DNA from: an uncultured Microthrixaceae bacterium
GTDB lineage: Bacteria; Actinomycetota; Acidimicrobiia; Acidimicrobiales; DATDAH01
Length of the DNA: 64,000 bases
Assembly: GCA_963748285.1 (NCBI GenBank)
Contig: CAVVIF010000009.1
Span: forward strand, 52,262-116,261
Direction: 5' to 3'
Shown in pieces: positions 10,593 through 22,330 of the stretch. The notes under the pieces are model-generated. The model was not told the origin of the DNA, searched no databases, and saw nothing but the letters and a program-made list of their open reading frames with translations. Position numbers and translations under genes: made by a program. Positions within the stretch are counted from its first letter, which is position 1; every line of letters starts with the position of its first letter.

Positions 10593-11390
10593 TCAGCCCG
10601 GCGCCCCGCTCCCGCTGCCGGTCTGTTCGGGCCCCTCGAGACGGGGACCAATCGATGCCGAGCCGTCGTCGACCACGCGCACCCACTCTGGTCGGCGATA
10701 GCCGAAGTGGGAGATCTCGGAGCGACATTGCCACTCGATCGACCGATTGGCGGCTGAGGAGAGCACGGCCGACCGCGACGTTCTCGTCTGACCTTCGCAG
10801 CGGCAGGGCGGGCAGGTCGAAGGACCGATCCTGCAGAACGAGGGAGAGCCCCTCCTCCAGGCGGTCGAACTGGATGACGTGATCGACATCGAGTCGGCCG
10901 TCTGACGTATACTCCCTCCCAGTCACTGATCCATTGGTGCTGGAGCACCCAGTCGCTGACCGGGGGGCGATCGTCGGGTGGGAGGTTCTTGTTGTAGAAG
11001 TAGTACCAAGACACCGCCTTGTCCCACGGGTTGCGCTCGACGGTGAAGGTCGTAAACCGGTCCCAGCGCCGACGGCCGAGCCGAGCCCGGATCTGGAACG
11101 CCTGCATGTGCTGGTGGTATCGGCGGAGGCGATGCAGATCCGCTAGCGGCTGACGGACGCCGCTGCCCTGCAGGCGCCACCTGTTTCGCGCCAAGCGGGT
11201 CACCATCTCAGGGAGAGGGTTGAACGGCCCACCCCAATTCCGAGGTAGATGACCCTCCCTCCGCCGGTTCGACCGGCGTGACCACTGCGTCCCGACCCGC
11301 AACCGCGGAAAGCGCGCATTCGATGCTCGTGCCCGCCGTCTTTCGCGTCTTCACGAAGACGAAATCGTGCTCGTAGCTGATGATCGTCAA
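10593..11390 (-). CDS. Sulfotransferase (family-2-like); at least three frame changes
   Basis: The N-terminus is MTIISYEHDFVFVKTRKTAGTSIE (a PAPS 5'-phosphosulfate loop-like KTAGTS). The middle is FTVERNPWDKAVSWYYF. The C-part is DVDHVIQFDRLEEGL...EISHFGYRRP. The pieces lie in four ORF-track frames. Confidence 0.6.
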
Positions 11391-11435
11391 GGCCAGCGCC
11401 CCGAAGGCCGACGGTTGCGGTCCGGCCGCTCGGCC

Positions 11436-12301
11436 TCAGTAGACGCACTCCCACCACAGCCCTACTGACCGCCCGGGCATAGCGGCGATGGAGCAGGGCC
11501 CCACGGACGCGCCGCAGCGAGTACTGCGCCAGGGCGATTCGGCTGAGCTGCCACTCCGCCTTCGGCTCGGCCGGACCGTGCTCTCGCCAGTAGCCGGCGT
11601 AGACGAGGTCGAGTAGCTCTCGTGGCGACGCGGCCAACGACTGCCGGAGATCCATCGCGCTCCGGGCGAGCCAGGCGACCTCGTGCGCCGCAGTGCGCAC
11701 CTCGTACCGAATCGGGAGGTCGCCGACACGGAGTGTGCCTCCGTCGTCGAGGAAGAAGTTGTAGACGCCACAGTCCAAGAAGGCCACGACGGGCTCGACG
11801 GAGTCGGCAGTGCGGGCCAACTTCGTTCGCCTCCCCAGCCGGGGAGTGATCTGGAGCGCGAAGTCTCCGGGCCGTGTCCTGCGTGGTCGGTCCAGAGGCG
11901 GCTCCACCTGCGACGGCGAGATGGAACTTACGAAGCTGCCCAGCGCAGCGCGCCACCAGAGCCCGCTTGCTGTGGGGGTCCAGGGAATCGGAGGCGAGGA
12001 GCGTTGCGACGTCCAGTCCGCGGTAGCGGTCCATGACCAGTGCACGGGCACGAGGCAGATAGCCGACCGACTGGATCGTTTCGATGCCCTGCAACGTCAA
12101 CTGCTTGTCGAGCGCTTCGTAGGCGGCGGAAGTCTCCGGCGTCCACGGCGCACGGTCCGGCTTGGACACCTTGGCGACGAATTCGCGACCATCTCTCGCG
12201 CTCAACGCGTACATGTGCGAGGTCCGACTCTCCCACGTTTCGTCCACGCGGAAGTCGTCATCGAAGCGGTCCCGGCACTCGGCAAGGAGCTCGGCGGTCA
12301 C
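11436..12301 (-). CDS. Protein-kinase-like fold phosphotransferase (APH/Kdo-kinase-like); frame change near 11930; 3' end uncertain
   Basis: The N-lobe is YALSARDGREFVAKVSKP...ALVMDRYRG (ORF 11462-12910 frame). The C-lobe is VVAFLDCGVYNFFLDDGGTLRVGDLP...LVYAGYW (ORF 11200-12051 frame). I could not align the catalytic motif confidently. Confidence 0.4.
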
Positions 12302-12396
12302 CGATGCAACAGCGACGGGGACCGTCGGACCCGCCCCCACGTGTGGTGGCGTCAGCGGCCCTGCTGCCGCCGGTGAACCCTTGTCCTCACGGCGGT

Positions 12397-13319
12397 TCAC
12401 GGCACGACTCGCCGCGGGTATTCGTAGCTGTCCATGAGTCGCCGACAACCTGTCTCGATGGCGGCCCGGTGTGCGGACCGTAGCCCTACCGTCCACGAGT
12501 CGTCCCCTGCTACCTCCACTGGTCCCCGCTCGAGTCCCACGTTTCCCCACGCAAGGTGATGCTTCTCGACCTGGACGATCCCACGTCGAAGCTGGGTGCA
12601 GATGCGATCCGCGCCTATCGCCTCGATGGTGGTCGCCGGGTCGGCGACGAAGTCCTGGTAGCGCACTCGGACCGCCGAGCCTGCGGAAGCCGACCGACTG
12701 AGACGCTCGACTGCACGGTTCGAATGGTTCCACCGATGGCTGTCGGCGATGACGCTGGCCAGTTCCCGACGGGGACTGAGCTTGCCGTAGCCCTTGCGGT
12801 CGTAGAGGTCCCGCCCCCGCCGTAAGCGAGAGTGGATCGCCCCCCGAGGATCGCGGACAAGATGCACGATTCGAAGGCGCGAGGCCGCGCACGACAGCGC
12901 CGCCGTCCATCCAGGATGATTCGACGAGTCAACGATCATCGCCGAACCGGTCGCCTCGAGGAGAGCAGAAAGGGCCGGTTTGACGAGGATCTCGCCCATC
13001 TCGTGCGGCCACGTCCCGCTGACACGACGGGTCCAGCCCTGACCTGAGTGACGCGTGATCGATGCCGCCAAGTGGGACCACTGGATGGAGCCGTCAGACG
13101 CCACTGCCTCGAGGACCGGACCCCATCTCGGACAGGAGTCAATCGGGTCGCCACACGAGCACTTCCGCCCGAGTGCGACTGACTGCGGGAGGTAGGCGAG
13201 CTCGCCGACGTGGATGGCGCCACTCGAGTTTGAGGACAGCGCTTCTCCGAGAAGCGTCGATCCGCTGCGGGGGAAGCCGGCAATGGAGATGACGGTATAG
13301 GCGCGGATTCTCCCCTCAT
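12397..13319 (-). CDS. Sulfotransferase (P-loop type); single-base frame change in a G-run next to the start codon
   Basis: ATG at 13319-13317 is followed by a GGGG run (13315-13312). One extra G would give MRGRIRAYTVISIAGFPRSGSTLLGEAL (5'-PSB loop), in frame with ORF 12397-13104, which contains RIVHLVRDPRGAIHS (3'-PB-like). Confidence 0.75.
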
Positions 13320-13326
13320 GGCTGCG

Positions 13327-14560
13327 TCAACCGGGTCCCCCGCGGGACGCCACCGCCGCCAACAACCGCGTGACGGCCTGTTCTGTGTGGGCGGACATGA
13401 AGTGCTCCCGGTAGAGGATCGACGCTTCCTCCCCCTTCCGCACCACCCCATCGGGTACGTCGAGCCACTCGGCGATCTCGCTCGCCGCCGAGCTCGGATC
13501 GTTCCCCGCACGATCGCTCCGCCCTTCGGCCTCTGCGATCCGTCCGCGAGTAGATAACTGGCTGTGCCGATCTCGTCCGACACAACCACGGGTGTCCCAC
13601 GACTGAGCGACTCGAGCACGGCCATGCCACCATCCTCGCGGGCGAGCGACACGAAGACGTCATGCGTCTCGTAGAGGTGCCACATGTCGTCGTAGGTGAC
13701 GTCGTGGCGCCATTCGACCCGATCGGAGAACTCGAGATCGTCGGTGAGCCGACGCAGGTCGGTCAGGTAGTCGCGGGCGTGTTCGGACCGCTCTGGCGAC
13801 GAGCTGCCCAGTCCCGAAGCGACAATGGTCACACGCGCCGGGTACCGAGTTCGACGAGTTCGTGCCCAACCCGAATGACGCTCTCGATTCGTTTGAATCG
13901 GGCAAGGCTCCCCACGAAACAGGAGTCGAATCTCCGCATTCCCGAGGTACGAGCGTCCGGATGGCACGCTGGTGGTCGTCGTGGAGAACGGAATCCAATA
14001 GCTGTCGAAGATCGGTCCATTGTGGGTCCACGCTGCTGAAGGAGAGATCGGCGTGAACTTGAGCGGTTTCGCCCTGTCGAACGGACGGACGAGCAAGGCC
14101 GCCACCCTCTGCTGGGCAGGTCCCAATCGAGGCCACTCGAGCGGCCGGATGTTGTAGAGGACGAAGACGACCGGGACACAGTGGCGAGCAACCACGTTCC
14201 GACGATCCCGAGTCTCGTCGAACGAATGACCACGAAATCCGGCCGGAAGGAGCGAAATTCTCTCGCCAGTGCCATGAGGCTGGGGGTGTACTCCCAGTAG
14301 CGCAGTGGCTTACGCCCAGTCAGACGTCGCAGGAAGGATCGGGCGTTCGAGAGAACGCTACTGCCGACCAGGACGCAGTCGGGCGGCACGATCGACGTGG
14401 TCTCGGGCCGCTCATGTGTATTGATGAGGATCCGGATGTCGCACCCGAGGTCCCGAAGGCTGTGCACGAATGCATGGAGATTCGGATGGAAGAGGGGGAC
14501 GACCAAGAGCCCACGGGGGTGCCGCCCGCCCACGGGTGGACGAGTCACACCTCGGGTCAC
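13327..14560 (-). CDS. GT4-family glycosyltransferase; at least four frame changes
   Basis: The GTG at 14560 overlaps the upstream stop (GTGA). Pieces: LLVVPLFHPNLHAFVHSLRDLG..., IRLLFVGSLARFKRIESVIRVGHELV, RVTIVASGLGS..., and VFVSLAREDGGMAVLESLSRGTPVVVSDEIG. The tail DPSSAASEIAEWL...AVASRGGPG ends at TGA 13329-13327. Confidence 0.7.
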
Positions 14561-16363
14561 GAAGCAGCGACGGACTGGGCGGGCCTGTTGGCCAGTTCCA
14601 GCACCCGCTGGTAGTACGAGTTCGAGGAGAGCAGCACCCCAGGTTCATCCACTGCTTGGAGCTGCCCCGATTCGAACACCATGAGCCGATCGCAGTTCGT
14701 GAGCGTAGACAACCGATGAGCGACGATGAAGAGCGTTGTCGTCTGCCGCAGTTCCTCCAGCGTGCTCTGAATCGCCGCCTCGGACTCGAGGTCGAGCGCG
14801 GCTGGTCGGCTTGTCCAGGACCACGACGGCTGGCCTGCCCACCAGGGCTCGCGTTATGGCGACGCGCTCGGCGTTGCCCGCCGGAAAGGGAACGCCCCTC
14901 ATCGCCCACGGGTGTGTGTAAGCCCTCCGGCATCCCCGAGAGGTCTCGCTCGAGGTGTGCGCTCTGCGCTGCCTGAACGATGAGGTCGTCCTCCACGTCG
15001 TCGCGAAAGAAGCGGATGTTGTCCGCGATCGTCCCAGCAAAGAGCAATGGCTCTTGCGGCACGAACGCGAAGAGGCTCGTCCATGTCCTGAGGTCGAACT
15101 CGCCGGCGTCAACCCCGTTGACCAGATGTTCCCCGTCGTCGGCGAGCGCAGGCGAAGGAGCAGCTGGACCAATGTCGACTTCCCCGCACCGGACGGGCCG
15201 ACGATGCCGATCATGTCGCCTGGATGCGCCGCGAACGAGATCTCCTGGAGCGCCGCCTGCCCGGGGGTGTACTCGAAGCCCACGTCATCGAAGCGGAGCT
15301 CCTCCACCACGTCGAGTCCACGGTGCCCGTGCACCCGTGCCCCTGCGAATCTGGCCTGACTGGCCCGCAGCCGCTCGATGTACGGATTGGCCGCCTGAAG
15401 GGTCTGATAGTGGGTCTGAGCCTGCGTGGCGTACGACGAAGCCCGTACGAAGATCAGGAGGATCGCGGTCAGCGCCGCGAAGCGGCCACTCCCGGTTGCG
15501 TACAAGATCCCCAGACTTGCCACGATGCCGAGGCCGAGAGCGGTCTGGTACAGGTCCGGCAGGGAGCTTTGGGCGAGGTTGGCACGGAACCGATCGCGTC
15601 GGACCGCATCGTCGATGTCACGCGCGCCGTCGACCCACCGGTTCAGCGACGCCGAAGACCTCGATCTCTTGAGCCTGCGCGGTGATCTGCACGAGGAAGC
15701 TCACAAAGCGCAGGTTGGCAGACGCCGACCTCCGGTTGAACAGCCGAACCAGGCGTGAAAGCGGACGCAGTGCTGCAAAGAGCACAACCAAGGTGACGAT
15801 GATCAGCACTGCGAATCGCAGGTCGAGGAGGAAGGCCGATATGGCGAGCGTGGCCAGCGTGCCGACACCCGCGAGAAGTCTCGTTGCGGCCGACACCGCC
15901 ATTACGTTCTGCTGGACGAACGTGGTGGCCATGTCCTGGAGATGACCAGACCGCTCGTCTGCTTTCACCGACCACGGGGAGCTCAGGTAGGTGGACAAGA
16001 CGTCGCTACGGAGTTCGTGGAGCACCGTTGTGGACATCTTGGCGGATAGCACCTTGGTGACGAGGCGCAGCACGAGGCGCACGGCGTGAGACCGAACGCC
16101 ACGGATAAGGCCACTCCGACCGACAGGCTGGCGTCCAACGGGCCGGGCGAGAACGCAATCGTCGTCTGGTCGGCAGACAGGGCCACCGCCACCTCAGCAA
16201 GGATGACCAGAAGAAGGGTCTCGCTGATGCCGACGAGAACTGAGGCCCCCGCGATGACGATGAGTGGTGAACGGTGCGCACCGAGAAGCTCGAGCAGGTC
16301 CGTCCACGACGTGTCGCCTCGACTACTCTTGAGCAGCCGACGTATTGATCGGGCATTCGCCAA
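14557..16363 (-). CDS. ABC exporter, fused permease-ATPase (MsbA/type I exporter-like); several frame changes
   Basis: TMD pieces are in ORFs 15983-16363 and 15618-16082. The NBD has Walker A GIVGPSGAGKSTLVQLL, then LSGGQR and VVVLDKPTS. The C-terminus is TTLFIVAHRLSTLTNCDRLMVFESGQL, with TGA at 14559-14557. Confidence 0.8.
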
Positions 16364-16729
16364 TGTGCGACGTACACGCTTTCTCGACGCCTTGGTCTTC
16401 GACCTCGTCGTCGCTCAATCTCGCACTCTCTACTAGGTCCGCAACGCTCGGCACAGCGACGCATCAAAGCTGCGAGCGCTCCTTCGCCGACAAAGCCAGA
16501 GTCGGGCGAGCCGATCCGCCAGAATGCCAAATCATACCACGGGGTCCGCGCCGCACGCAGTTGTCCACGTTGCAGAAGGTGATGAAGGTGTGCGACGACT
16601 GTAGAGCCAGGAGGAGCATCCCAGTGGACCCCAGCGAGCGACGAACGTCAACGGAGGGTAGACGGCTGGCCGCCGTGGCAGGACGGTGCTCGACACACGT
16701 CGCATGACCTCACGATCCTACGGGTCACG

Positions 16730-17442
16730 TTAACTGTAATCATAGCCAAGCACTTCAAAGTCCTCCGAGTAGAGGCGATTACAATCTCCCTTGCTCGCTG
16801 GTTCCACACGATCGTCGTCGTCCTTCTCTGACCGGTTCCATGGATATCGAGCGACAACTGAAAGCTGCTCAGCAACGACTCGCATTGCGGACAGATTCTC
16901 GATCTGCACAATGGAGTCGAAGGGCATCCTAAACGACAGGCCAAGTAGACCCCGGCGAGTAGTTTGATATCTGCGGATCAGATGACTGTCGTGTTGGCTA
17001 CTGCTGGAAGGATCTCGATGAATCGATCGAATTCCAGTTCGAGAATCGACTCGACCTGCGCCTCCACCGGATCCTGACTTGTCACACCCAACCACGGATA
17101 GAAGATCACCTGGTGTCGCTTGAGTCGATACGGATCCACGGCGCTCAGCGCTTGGCGCGGCCTGCTCCGGAGTTTCTCCCAGTAGAAGGACTCAAGCCGG
17201 TCATAAGGATTCCGCGTTAGCAGAGTATAACTAGCCGATGACAGGTGGGGCGCAACAGAGCGTGCAACAAGATGGGCGTAACTGCGCCGACTGGAGAACC
17301 GTTCAAGCGAGGGTTGGCTGAGGAGTGTCTGGGTCATAACTTTTGGATTTGTCGCCAAGTAGTGATTGCGACTCGGCTTTGAAGATCCACATGTTCGAAA
17401 TCCCCTCTTGCACGCTAGGTAGATGGAACACTGCTTGAGCAT
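16730..17442 (-). CDS. Sulfotransferase (family-2-like); one frame change near 16985
   Basis: TLLTRNPYDRLESFYWEKL matches the family-2 RNPxxRxxS pattern. The C-part is FDSIVQIENLSA...NRSEKDD...LYSEDFEVLGYDYS in ORF 16730-17095. Local G+C is low. Confidence 0.65.
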
Positions 17443-17689
17443 TTCACCCGGGACAACTCCACGCGACGACAGTCAGCGGTTAAGTATAGGAGCACTTGAC
17501 CGGACAATCGAAACGAGGCTCGTCGAACTGATCTTCGTCAGCGTCCCGTGAGGCGTAGTAGATAAGCGAGATGTTTCCACCCGTTGGTGGGGCCACCGGA
17601 GAGATGATCCGACGTGACCTAGCGGGGTACACGAAGGAGAACACGCCGATGACCCTCACTCATCATGACCTGTCAGAACGGCTCGAGAA

Positions 17690-18151
17690 AGTAAGGCGGG
17701 CGAGACCGATGTTGTCCGCTCGAGCCTGACCTGGATCTTCCAAGAGCTCATCGAGGCCGAAGCGACCGCCCAGATGGCGCCGCGCCATCGGGCGCACCGA
17801 GTCCGGACCGCGAGCGCCGCGGTCACCGGCCACGGCTATTCTCCACGGCGGCGAGCGATGTCGACTTGAAGACCCCGAAACTCCGGACCGGCAGCTTGAT
17901 CCCGTCGCTGCTGAGAACGCCGGCATATCGGGCCCTGGTCGGAGTCGTGATGGAGGCCAACGGTGCGCGGTGTGTCGACCCGCAAGGTCGATGGCCTGCC
18001 CTCGCATGGAGAGGCTTGCGGGACCCACCCAACCGGGACCCGAAGCGCTCGACCATTGCGCAGGCAACTCGAAGGGGCTTTCAGAGAAATCTCTATAGAA
18101 GTCATCTCGGACAGAGATGTCGCCGTACACCCTAGCGCTGAGCCTATTTGA
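17690..18151 (+). mobile_element. IS256-family transposase remnant (N-terminal third only, frame-shifted)
   Basis: FQELIEAEATAQ..., DVDLKTPKLRTGSLIPSLL, RALVGVVMEA and GVSTRKVDGL are spread over three frames. These match the IS256 hallmarks (LMEAE, PKLR.GSF.PSLL, GVSTRKVDDL). The remnant truncates at about 18151. Confidence 0.65.
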
Positions 18152-18330
18152 TTCCGTCGCGCTCGCGCGATGCAGCACGGGTCCTCGGGTGTACTCCTTT
18201 CAGTAAGGCTTTGACGGCCTTCGTTCTAAGAAGGGACTGGCTCATACGATTCTTTTGGGCCCCACAACAGGCTCCGGAGCCCTGCGACGCTTGCGCGCTC
18301 TAGACTCCGACGCGCCCGTGAAGGTCCGAC

Positions 18331-18995
18331 CTAGACCTGATCGAAAGCCCGAACCGTGATGATATACCAAATCGCCATAGATCCCAAAGAACAGTGGATG
18401 CAGGTCGAGTCATTGGTCCGGGTGAGCGGGAACCAGTCATAGCCACCACGATCTAGTTGCCCAAGGAGAGTTCCGCCTACGTCGCTGACTGACCTCCCAT
18501 CCTCATCAAGCCACCGTGCTGGCATCAATCACCCCAATGTCACTCCAGAATCCCACCGTCGTCGCACAGAAGCATGGATGCGGTTGCCTATCGCCGATTC
18601 TCGAGTCGCTGGACGGCGGCGAGTGGATAGTCGTCCAGAATAGTTCTAATGGGCTCGAGTAGCCGGGCTATCGGGAAGGCATCACCATCGAGGAAGATCA
18701 AGATATCATCCGATCTTTTGGTGCGACCACTGATAATTTCCGCCAAGAGGTTCAGTCGCATGGCGTGATCCGTACCCCCAACGGAAGGCTCTGGGGTCGC
18801 TGTGGTCACGAAATCAAACTTACGGTGATGCTCCTCCGAAATGCCGTCTAACGAGGCGTAGGTCCAGAATGGTGTATCGACGTTCTCCTTGAGGTATCGC
18901 CGCTGGATGTCGATCCATCGGTCATCACGCCAGTGAACGGTTGCTATGTGGACATTAGGACCTCGACCCCGAGTGTTCAGTGGGGGTAGAATCAC
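18331..18995 (-). CDS. Nucleotide-diphospho-sugar transferase-like protein (DxD), disrupted
   Basis: ILIFLDGDAFPIARL is a DxD-like motif. After RLENR the sequence continues in another frame as GDRQPHPCFCATTVGFWSDIG, then in ORF 18331-18528. The family was not identified. Confidence 0.4.
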
Positions 18996-19088
18996 GGAGT
19001 CTCAGAGCAGGTACTCAGAGCTTCCAAGCGAGACCAGATGGTTGACATTGACTCGGGATCAAGTCGTCCGGAAAGTCGGTGTGGTGAA

Positions 19089-19775
19089 CTAAGTTCGAAT
19101 CAAAGAACGCGTGGTCTGGATAGCCGAGGTTGTACTGAACACATAAATGCCGGAGCTGCCGCGAAGGCGGTCACGATCGACGTCGAATCGCAGCAGGGGG
19201 AAGGGCGCCTCAGCATGTTCCGAAATGAGCCGCTCATTGTACACACGCCAGAGCTCGGGCGCTCGTCTCTGAGAGAGTTGGCTCGTTCGGTTCCTGAGTG
19301 AAGCACAAACGGCCATTGGGTGTCGATATATTCCACCGAAGCAGATTCCAGAATCCCACAAATGCCGTTTCCATTCATCCAGCACAAGCAAGGTACGGGG
19401 ATCCTTGAATCCCCAAGGTTGGCATGCCGAAGACATCGATGATACAAGACGACTGAGTCGTGTGCGCTGGTCTTGCGTCCACGAGTTCGGGTACCGGGGT
19501 CTGTCCCAACTGCCTCCGTTCGCTCTCAGAACCGAGTCATGCAATTGAACAAGTGCTCGGTCCTCCCTGTTTCCGAGCTTGTTATGGGTGTTGCGCTCGG
19601 AGACGTTGCCGAGGTGCAGTCCGGAGGCTTGTAGACCTCCTGCCAACCAACTTGTGCCGCTACGGTGCATTCCGAGAATGACGACAGGAGGCAACGCCGT
19701 AGGCTCTGTAGCTGGTTGCACGGTCCTAACGTTAGCCGAGGAGACGGGCAGGCGATTTGAGTCCGAGCGAAGCAT
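19089..19775 (-). CDS. Sulfotransferase (P-loop type)
   Basis: VVILGMHRSGTSWLAGGL is a 5'-PSB loop. FKDPRTLLVLDEW is 3'-PB-like. The 228-aa ORF is mostly continuous, with a possible frame change in the last ~60 nt. Confidence 0.7.
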   Translation of the reverse strand: MLRSDSNRLPVSSANVRTVQPATEPTALPPVVILGMHRSGTSWLAGGLQASGLHLGNVSERNTHNKLGNREDRALVQLHDSVLRANGGSWDRPRYPNSWTQDQRTRLSRLVSSMSSACQPWGFKDPRTLLVLDEWKRHLWDSGICFGGIYRHPMAVCASLRNRTSQLSQRRAPELWRVYNERLISEHAEAPFPLLRFDVDRDRLRGSSGIYVFSTTSAIQTTRSLIRT

Positions 19776-19833
19776 CCCCTACTTTGACCCACTCTTGCGC
19801 TGAGGTGGTGACTCCATCTCGTGAGGAGTCCTG

Positions 19834-20646
19834 ATGCGCCGTCCACATCCTCTGGAGTTCCGGCGCCGGGCCGTCGGCCTGGCCAACCAACGCGACGAGC
19901 AAGGGTGAGCAGGGCACGCCGGTAGCCCGGGTCGCCGAGGACCTTGGCGTCGCTGAGAGTTGCCTGCGGAACTGGATCGCGCAGGCCGAGATCGACTCAG
20001 GCCGCCGGGAAGGCCGAGCACCGCCGAGCGGGCCGAAGCTGGTCGAGTTGCGCCGCCGGGCTCGGTGCTGGAGTCCGACACGAGATCCTGAAGCGGGCCG
20101 CGGCGCTCTTCGCCCGGCCTGCTGGAGGTCGGGGACCCTCGCGGCGAAGTGCGGGCGGGCTACGGGGCACCTAAGGAAGTCGTCCGGTCCATCTACGAAC
20201 AGGTACGACGCCGACCTCCGCGTCGCCTTCGGGACCCATCGGCCCCGACTCCTAAGACCCGACACCGCCAGAGGCCCCTCCCTCGGCCGCACGCTGCTCG
20301 AACGTGAGACGAGATCGCCGTCTGGCACCAAGCGCACGTCTCCAACGGGCCGACGGGTGGCGGTCAACAACCTCATCGGAGGGATCAAGCGGGTCGCCTT
20401 CGATCACCTTCACCAATCGCCGGATCCAGGCCCGGCGCTACGCCGGCAGGCCAACTGCGAACTGTTCCCGGCCATCATGCGCCGCTGGAAACGCGAGGCG
20501 CCCCATATGCACCACGAGATGGGGCAATTGAGACCGGGCGAGGCGTACTGCGTCTCGCGGGGACCAGCCCTCAAACCGGCGGGGTCAGAGCATGGGCGAC
20601 ATATTACTTGGCCGGCCTACGGGGTCAGAGTCACCGGCGATCTTGT
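19834..20646 (+). mobile_element. IS3-family transposase remnant (orfA plus the start of orfB, decayed)
   Basis: MRRPHPLEFRRRAVGLA...VARVAEDLGVAESCLRNWIAQAEIDSGRREG...LVELRRRAR is IS3/IS911 OrfA-like. Downstream orfB-like fragments are multiply shifted and truncated at the next gene. Confidence 0.6.
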
Positions 20647-21490
20647 TCACGCTGGACTCAAATCCCCTAGACCGGCAGAATGGAGTAGTTCCAGTTCCGC
20701 GGCTGTGAAGAGCGGACGGAAATTTGGACGACGCAATAGATGAAGCACCTCGGTCGGGAATGATGTCTCCCGGAACCTCTGAGCCAGCTCAATCGCTGTC
20801 GGCACCCGATCCTGCCCAGTGAACGAAGAGCCGCCACCCTCCTTGGAGATCCCTGGAACCGAGTCGAATTCGAGATCGATCTCGCCTAGGAGGGCGCGTC
20901 CGATAGTCTGGGCTCTCGTCAACCCAACGGTCAAACCAACAGACGTGCCACTGCGACGCGTCGGCCTTGCTCAAGTCCAACAGAACCTGCATAAATTGCT
21001 CATCGACCTTGGTGGTTGGACCCGCCCGCTCCGTCTGCGCTCTTGAGGCGTTTCGATGCAGTCGGGAAGCTACCAGGTTTAGCGTGGAACGCCTTATGAC
21101 AATTGCCTCCGTTGTAGACGGACTAGAGAGCGCCTGTAGATAGTCGAGTCGACGCTCCTCAGTAGAAACTACGATGAAATCAGACTGCCGGATCTCCCTG
21201 CGGCGACTCCATACAGCTTGAGCGAAGCTTCTTCCAGATCTGCCCACGTCATTGAGAAAGACAGTTCGGCCACTGCCAGTTCGCTGGAACCTCGTCCCGC
21301 AGGCTTCATCCGTGATAAGTGCTTCGTTCTTCTCCTCAAGAGCATTCACCAACCACGCAACAATCGCATGATTCCCACTCCGACTCATTCCAGTTACAAA
21401 GAATCGCCGCTTGCCGCGTGAAAGCCAATTCAAGTAGACACAGATAGATCGCTCAAGGAGCGACTTCGCGGAACGGTGAAGGATGTTCAT
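20647..21490 (-). CDS. P-loop, sulfotransferase-like hypothetical protein; one frame change near 20900
   Basis: RRFFVTGMSRSGNHAIVAWL resembles a sulfotransferase PSB loop. The C-part is in ORF 20647-20934 (LLGEIDLEFDSVPGISKEGGGSSF...). Confidence 0.4.
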
Positions 21491-21879
21491 CTAAGGAGGC
21501 TCCGGAGGGCTGAATTCTCGGCACGCAGTCTGCACTGGATTTCGTAGACAGTATGTCGCAGGCCGAGGTCAACGGGGCCTCGCCGTCATTTCCGTCTGCT
21601 CCAAGGCGTGTTCGGTCCCGCAGAACTCAAGCGTGAGGCCATCGCATCAGGCCACGGTCTTGCCGAATCGGGCCAAGTGCCCCACTCGATCTCCCTTGAT
21701 CGGGCGACCAGCGTTGCCTAGGCATGAAGCATCCTTTCGCCGCGACCGCGGCGAGATGTACCGGCAGCAACTTGCCAAGGCGCCCGAACCAGACTGGCCC
21801 GGAGAGCGTCATGCCTGGCCGGACACCTGGCAGTCGGTCTCGGGTGTAGCTGTCATGGGCTGGGAAGCGACTTGGAATT

Positions 21880-22330
21880 CCCCGTTCGTTGAGAGCTCTC
21901 TGCGACCGCCCGTTCAATGGATCGGCCAGCCTGCGAGGCACGGCCATCTGCACCCGACCTCTACTCGACGGGCTCGAGCCGACGCTCCTGATGGACGGCG
22001 AACTCTTCAGTGGCCCGGCGTCAGGCGCACGACTGGCGTGATGCAGGTCCCCGGCGAGGCGCGCTACGGGCTTTCAGAGAGCTCCGAGAGAGCGGTTGAA
22101 CGCCACCGGCCATTGGCGACGCCGTCGCGGTCTGCGGGAAACAGGGCCGGGACCAATCCTCAACGCCATCGAGCACGGGGCATCTCCAACGGCCGCGTCG
22201 AAAGGTATGAACACCAAGGCCCGACTGATCGTCCGCCGCGCCTACGGCTTCCACACCGCCGATGCCGCCGTGGCGCTCGTCATGCTCGCCGCCGGACCGA
22301 TCAACCTCTGCGCTGCCACACAAACAAGCC
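21880..22330 (+). mobile_element. ISL3-family transposase remnant (C-terminal end, frame-shifted)
   Basis: ILNAIEHG / ISNGRVE / MNTKARLIVRRAYGFHTADAAVALVMLAAGPI matches the conserved ISL3 C-terminus (SNGRVEGLNNK.RL..RRAYGFH...AL.ML). It is split over two frames. Confidence 0.6.

Noticed and set aside
16531-16536. Extended -10-like TGGTATGAT on the minus strand, about 170 nt upstream of the island ABC exporter start.
   Set aside because: It is a single hexamer match with no convincing -35 element at proper spacing. Such matches are expected by chance in this lower-G+C stretch.
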